20,000 bases of DNA, taken from an uncultured virus (IMG/VR IMGVR_UViG_3300032087_003293). Taxonomy: Duplodnaviria > Heunggongvirae > Uroviricota > Caudoviricetes. Both the position numbers and the translations under genes were made by a program. This document shows positions 15,632 through 20,000 of this stretch, one piece after another; the first letter of the stretch is position 1, and each line of letters starts with the position of its first letter. The notes beneath the pieces were generated by a model, which saw nothing but the letters and a program-made list of their open reading frames with translations, was not told where the DNA came from and did no database searches. The stretch lies in IMG/VR virus record IMGVR_UViG_3300032087_003293; one strand, 5' to 3'.

Positions 15632-17794
15632 TCAAACTCTACCAGCAACTTCCTCAAAGCTGACACCAGTTCTGGTGGCAACAAACGTGAGGGTTACATA
15701 GTTAATGGACTTAGCAGGCTTCAGGAAGATGTCTGCTCTGAACTCATTGTTGTCAATGATGTCAGGAGTATTGTTAGTTTCATCACAAATGACTAGGAAG
15801 TCATAAACTCCTCTCTTTGATTGAACATCACGGAGATATGGTTCAACAATGTTGATGAAGTTTGCTCTTGTGATCTCATCATTGAGTTCAAAGAGTTGTG
15901 AATCAGCAGCACTCTTAAGTGCTTGCTCAACTGTGAGGAATAGACGACGAACGTTGATTCTATCAAATGCAGATGCATATCCTAGACCAGTCTTATCACC
16001 AAAGAGGACGATTCCAGTTCCAGGAGTGTTAACAATAGAGTTAATTCTCTTAGGATAGAGACGATCTCTTTGTGCCTTAGTTGGATTATATGCTAGTTTA
16101 ATAGCATTGTTTAGAACACCTCTCTGTTGACCAGCAGGTGAGAACCAAGGATAAGATTGGATAGAAGTTCTGACACATAGACCAGCAACGTCTCCGTTAC
16201 AAGGAACATATCTGAACTTATTATTGAATCTATCGTACATGTACTTGTATCCAGTATCAAAGATTACATAAGATGAGGAGGATAGTGGGCTGAAGAACTC
16301 AAGAACATTATTAGTCTGAGTCTCAGTATTTGAAACGTCAACAACATCAGCACGATGTGGAGAAATTACTGCGATACAGTCTTTTCTAAGTTCTGCAATT
16401 GCAATAAGTTCTTGTGCCTTAGCTTGAGACTCTACTTTAGAATCTAAACCAGGACCCATGATGAGATAATCAATCTCATGCTCGTTATCATTCTTGAAGA
16501 GTCTATAGGAGGTTGCAAGACTTCCTAGAGTTGCCTTCATTCTATTGGAACCACTTCCGTAGTCCTTACCACCAAGAAGTTTGTAAGTATAGTTGCCGAT
16601 TGCACTGAATGTTACATCCTGTGCATCTTGTCCCCAAAGACCACCTGAAGTAGTTACACCTGCTTTATTTTGAGATACTGTCTCATTTCCTAATCCATCG
16701 GAAGGATTGTCACCAGCATAGACATATTCGGAGAAGTCTGCTAAGTAGTTCTTATAGTAAATCTTTTGTGGAGAATTGACTGCAGAAACTGCATCTGCTG
16801 CCTTTGATAGACCTAGATGCTTCTCAACAATGTTTGCCTTGATTCCAGTTAATGTACCATAGTCATCAATGACTACAACGTGCATCTCATCATTTCTACC
16901 ACTTCTTTCAGATGCAAAATTGGAAGTTCCTGGTTTTGGTGCAATTTGACTCCAGAAAATTGTCTGGTTGTCTAGTGCAATAGTTTGCTGATCGTACCAA
17001 TCCTGTCTTGCAGTAACATTAGAAGCAGTGCTTGCTGCACCGATTTGAATCTCACCAGCACTTCCACCGATATCTGCTGTTGCAGGGAAAGATGCTACGT
17101 CGGAATTTTCTGCATAGTCTACTGGATAGACTGTTGAAGCAGCAGAAACTCTTTGTACAACTTTGACACTAACTTCACCAGTACCAACTTCAGTAACAAC
17201 ACCTTCTAGTTTCCAACCAGTTAGTGCTTGTGTAGAACCAGCAGATGCTAGAATTTCGTTATTGTAGTAATAAGTAACTGCAGCACCTACAGAAACTCCA
17301 GAGGTGGAAGCAACACTTAAGATTTGGTCTGCCTTGTCATCAATCATGCAAACCTTAAGGTTGTTTGCCCACTCACCAGGTGTCTTAGCAGCAAAAACAT
17401 AAGATGCTACATCATCAGCATGATTTAAATTGTAGTCATCAATATTTTTAATTTTTAGGTCTGTTGTGCCAATGGCAGATGTACCATCAGTATCAATCTT
17501 TGCGTTAGCATTAACTAGATTAGTGCCATCTGTTCTTGCTACCTTAAGGACTCCTCCATAAGATAGGAAAGAAGCAGCGGACATCCAATACTCGTAATGA
17601 GTGTCAGTAGATAGTGGTCTGCCAAAAGTGTTTAGCAGTTCTTGCTCGTTTGTAACATTGATTGGATAGTCAACAGGTCCAATTTGAAAAGGTGCGGCAA
17701 TAGCACCAACATTATCAATTACATTATCAGCTCTTCCAACAGTTAAATCAACCTCTCGGATTAATACTCCAGGAGATAATTGAGGAGTCGCCAT
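15632..17794 (-). CDS. g18: gp18 contractile tail sheath protein
   Basis: LSPGV..REVDLT, FL.YGG.L.V.R, PG.WAN, YDRFN..FR.VPCNGD.AG, WFSPAG..RG, GDKT, AFDRINVRRLF, KPAKSINY. Confidence 0.98.
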   Translation of the reverse strand: MATPQLSPGVLIREVDLTVGRADNVIDNVGAIAAPFQIGPVDYPINVTNEQELLNTFGRPLSTDTHYEYWMSAASFLSYGGVLKVARTDGTNLVNANAKIDTDGTSAIGTTDLKIKNIDDYNLNHADDVASYVFAAKTPGEWANNLKVCMIDDKADQILSVASTSGVSVGAAVTYYYNNEILASAGSTQALTGWKLEGVVTEVGTGEVSVKVVQRVSAASTVYPVDYAENSDVASFPATADIGGSAGEIQIGAASTASNVTARQDWYDQQTIALDNQTIFWSQIAPKPGTSNFASERSGRNDEMHVVVIDDYGTLTGIKANIVEKHLGLSKAADAVSAVNSPQKIYYKNYLADFSEYVYAGDNPSDGLGNETVSQNKAGVTTSGGLWGQDAQDVTFSAIGNYTYKLLGGKDYGSGSNRMKATLGSLATSYRLFKNDNEHEIDYLIMGPGLDSKVESQAKAQELIAIAELRKDCIAVISPHRADVVDVSNTETQTNNVLEFFSPLSSSSYVIFDTGYKYMYDRFNNKFRYVPCNGDVAGLCVRTSIQSYPWFSPAGQQRGVLNNAIKLAYNPTKAQRDRLYPKRINSIVNTPGTGIVLFGDKTGLGYASAFDRINVRRLFLTVEQALKSAADSQLFELNDEITRANFINIVEPYLRDVQSKRGVYDFLVICDETNNTPDIIDNNEFRADIFLKPAKSINYVTLTFVATRTGVSFEEVAGRV

Positions 17795-17826
17795 TTTTTT
17801 CTCCGTGATCTCAGTTTATCTGAAAT

Positions 17827-17834
17827 TATTTATT
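17827..17834 (-). promoter_or_regulatory. T4-type late promoter for g18
   Basis: AATAAATA on the minus strand, 32 nt upstream of the g18 ATG; followed by SD GGAG. Confidence 0.78.
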
Positions 17835-17872
17835 AAAACGTTACTTTTCGTGTGGGAAACAATGCATGAACA

Positions 17873-18103
17873 TTACCAATCAGGATATTGCCAATCTACA
17901 AATGGATTTTTATTTTTTCTAGTTTCTGTAATTCTTTTTATAGTACACTCTTTACACTCATATGAAAATGACGATGCTGATGCTCCTCTATTTTTACGAG
18001 TTCTATAAAATCCTTCAATCAAATTTTTTGTCTGTCCGCAACACCTACACTCTCTTTCATAAAGAAGTAAGTGTCCAAGTTTAATTTGATTGTCTAAATC
18101 CAT
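17873..18103 (-). CDS. Small putative zinc-finger protein (76 aa)
   Basis: The likely start is the ATG at 18103 (TAATG overlap with the g17 stop). Contains CRCC.....K....FY...ECKEC, a CxxC/CxxC pair. Confidence 0.82.
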   Translation of the reverse strand: MDLDNQIKLGHLLLYERECRCCGQTKNLIEGFYRTRKNRGASASSFSYECKECTIKRITETRKNKNPFVDWQYPDW

Positions 18104-19749
18104 TACTGATAATCCCACATATATGACATATCACCATATTCATCAGTATACCAACGATCACCTTGAGCATCTACAAATGATGCCTCGTCATTAATGCCAT
18201 CAATAACAAATCCAAAAGGAGACATATCTTGTTCTAATTGATTTTTTTGTTCTTCATATAGTCTCTTACGAACATCTTGATCAGTAAGTTCCTTAAAGTA
18301 ATCTTGTGCTACCAACCAGGCATAGATAACGAGACACATTGCAAGGTCATCATTACATCCTTCTTCTGCCTCAAATGAATTATGCTTTGAAATAAAAGTA
18401 GTAAGTTCTGAAATGATTTCATAATCATTGAAGATTAGTTTATCTTCTTCGATTAAAGTCTTTAGGTTGAGTGATCCAACTTTTTTGACGGTCTTGGACA
18501 TTTTAACTCCAAGCTGAGTCTTCTTGCCAGAAAAACCTTGCCCAACGATCTGACCAGCACGTCCTCTCATTGAACACATAAGGACATTCTGATATTCAAG
18601 ATCATATTGAAGAATAGATGCTACTTGATCTCCAACATCATTGACCTCACATAAAATATACGCACCATTATAATTTTTTGCTACCTCATAAATGACACTT
18701 GGGAACAACATTGGTTTGATCTCATTGTTCCGATATTTTGCTACAATCCTATGAGGAAACTCTGTAATATCTGCAACAATAAATGCTGAATAGTCATTAC
18801 CAACACCCCTGGCAACGTCAACAGTAATAATATAATCGTGATTTTCTTTTACTGGTTCATATACATCCAAACCTGCATTTCTATGCATTGGTGCATCATA
18901 CACCAATGTTCTTAATTTACTTGGAGCAATGAGTGTATCAACAGATCCTAGGAATTCGCACTCAAACTCAACCTTGAACTGCTGTTCTGATGTGTTTGCA
19001 ATAGTCTGTTCTTTCCACTTTGAATCTCTTCCAGGAACTTCAGACCAGTGAACATCAGTATGAACATATTCGTTTTTACCTTTCTCCGCATCATGCCACA
19101 TGCGGTAGAAATGATTCATACCGTGTGGAGTAGAAACGATGATTACCTTCGTTGATTTACCAGACGTAATAGTAGGATAAACAGAGGCAAAGAACGAGTC
19201 AGCAATGTGATTCGGGACGAATGCGAACTCGTCGAGAAAGAGGATGTTGAACGACATACCTCGGACAGCACTTGCAGATGTAGAAGCTGCCAATATCTTA
19301 CTGCCATTTTCTAACTCCAGACTACCTTTGTTCCATGATACAATACCCTGTTGCATCCATCGTGGCAAGTTCTCGTAAGCAGTCTGTAACCTATCGAGAA
19401 GTTCTCTTGCAGTTGCTGCTTTGTTTGCCAGGATGCCAATATTTACACTGTCATTAAAGACTGCATAGTGAAGTAGATAAGACACACACGTTGTAGACTT
19501 ACCAGTCTGTCGTGGCATCTTACAGATGTTAAATCGGTTCTTATGAAATCTTTCAACTAGTTTTTGTTGAAAGTCATACATCTTGAATGGTTGGAGACCA
19601 TGGTCAAGTGTTACGATCTTTACATAGTTTTTTGCAAAATATACGGGATCTTCTTTACATTTAATAAACTCCTCAATTTGTTCTTTTGTGAACTCTTGAG
19701 GTGTATTTGCTTTTTTTAGATTAGGATTACCAAGATATACGTCACTCAT
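18103..19749 (-). CDS. g17: gp17 terminase large subunit
   Basis: YLGNPNLK, Walker A PRQTGKST, Walker B ILFLDEFAF, coupling motif STP, nuclease residues VDVARG...DYSA and NDDL. Confidence 0.99.
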   Translation of the reverse strand: MSDVYLGNPNLKKANTPQEFTKEQIEEFIKCKEDPVYFAKNYVKIVTLDHGLQPFKMYDFQQKLVERFHKNRFNICKMPRQTGKSTTCVSYLLHYAVFNDSVNIGILANKAATARELLDRLQTAYENLPRWMQQGIVSWNKGSLELENGSKILAASTSASAVRGMSFNILFLDEFAFVPNHIADSFFASVYPTITSGKSTKVIIVSTPHGMNHFYRMWHDAEKGKNEYVHTDVHWSEVPGRDSKWKEQTIANTSEQQFKVEFECEFLGSVDTLIAPSKLRTLVYDAPMHRNAGLDVYEPVKENHDYIITVDVARGVGNDYSAFIVADITEFPHRIVAKYRNNEIKPMLFPSVIYEVAKNYNGAYILCEVNDVGDQVASILQYDLEYQNVLMCSMRGRAGQIVGQGFSGKKTQLGVKMSKTVKKVGSLNLKTLIEEDKLIFNDYEIISELTTFISKHNSFEAEEGCNDDLAMCLVIYAWLVAQDYFKELTDQDVRKRLYEEQKNQLEQDMSPFGFVIDGINDEASFVDAQGDRWYTDEYGDMSYMWDYQ

Positions 19750-19755
19750 AAAAAA

Positions 19756-20000
19756 TTACCTTTGTTCAATCCAGTTCAATACTGCGAGTGCTTTCTTGTT
19801 AGTATTAGGTGAAGCACATGCTAAAGTGTATATATCACTAATCGTTCCAATACCACTTCTACCAATTTGTAGTGCTGCCTTATCATCAATTTCTACAAGA
19901 GAAGAACCCCCAGAAATCGTAAATCCACTCAGGACAATATTTCCACCAGTTGTAGCAGTAGCACTTGTGTCGTATTGGATAAAGGAGTTTGGATCTGGAT
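19756..20000 (-). CDS. C-terminal part of a hypothetical, possibly structural, protein; start outside the window
   Basis: Open frame ...PDPNSFIQYDTSATATTGGNIVLSGFTISGGSSLVEIDDKAALQIGRSGIGTISDIYTLACASPNTNKKALAVLNWIEQR*, with its stop 6 nt before the g17 ATG. Confidence 0.8.
   Translation of the reverse strand, partial: PDPNSFIQYDTSATATTGGNIVLSGFTISGGSSLVEIDDKAALQIGRSGIGTISDIYTLACASPNTNKKALAVLNWIEQR

Noticed and set aside
1..20000. Introns, inteins, tRNAs, CRISPR arrays or stop-codon recoding
   Set aside because: Core genes are uninterrupted and of expected size in the standard code, intergenic gaps are short, and I saw no repeat-spacer or cloverleaf pattern.

Overview
This window is a 20-kb segment of a T4-like myovirus genome, most likely a cyanophage (Kyanoviridae-like), judged from protein sequences and gene order. 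Every credible gene is on the minus strand. Read right to left: partial unknown gene, terminase large subunit (g17), small CxxC/CxxC protein, tail sheath (g18), tail tube (g19), portal (g20), two tiny acidic ORFs missing from the ORF track, two paralogous ~92-aa genes, prohead protease (g21), scaffold (g22), major capsid (g23) with a C(UUCG)G terminator, a 56-aa ORF, tail terminator (g3), uvsY, uvsW, a conserved hypothetical, late sigma factor (g55), g47, a small hypothetical, g46, a sulfotransferase, a small basic ORF, and a HExxH-peptidase/vWA protein that runs off the left edge and is also missing from the track. T4-type late promoter motifs precede most structural genes. The most notable observations are: a PAPS-dependent sulfotransferase joined by ATGA overlaps into the recombination operon; a D-to-Y change in the metal-binding motif II of gp47; overlapping divergent sigma70 promoters at g55, one firing antisense with no gene to serve; a perfect 18-bp palindrome filling the g3 leader; a duplicated gene pair plus micro-ORFs between g20 and g21; and a palindrome/hairpin/-10 element upstream of the peptidase-vWA gene. 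All family assignments come from motif recognition by eye; no database search was run.
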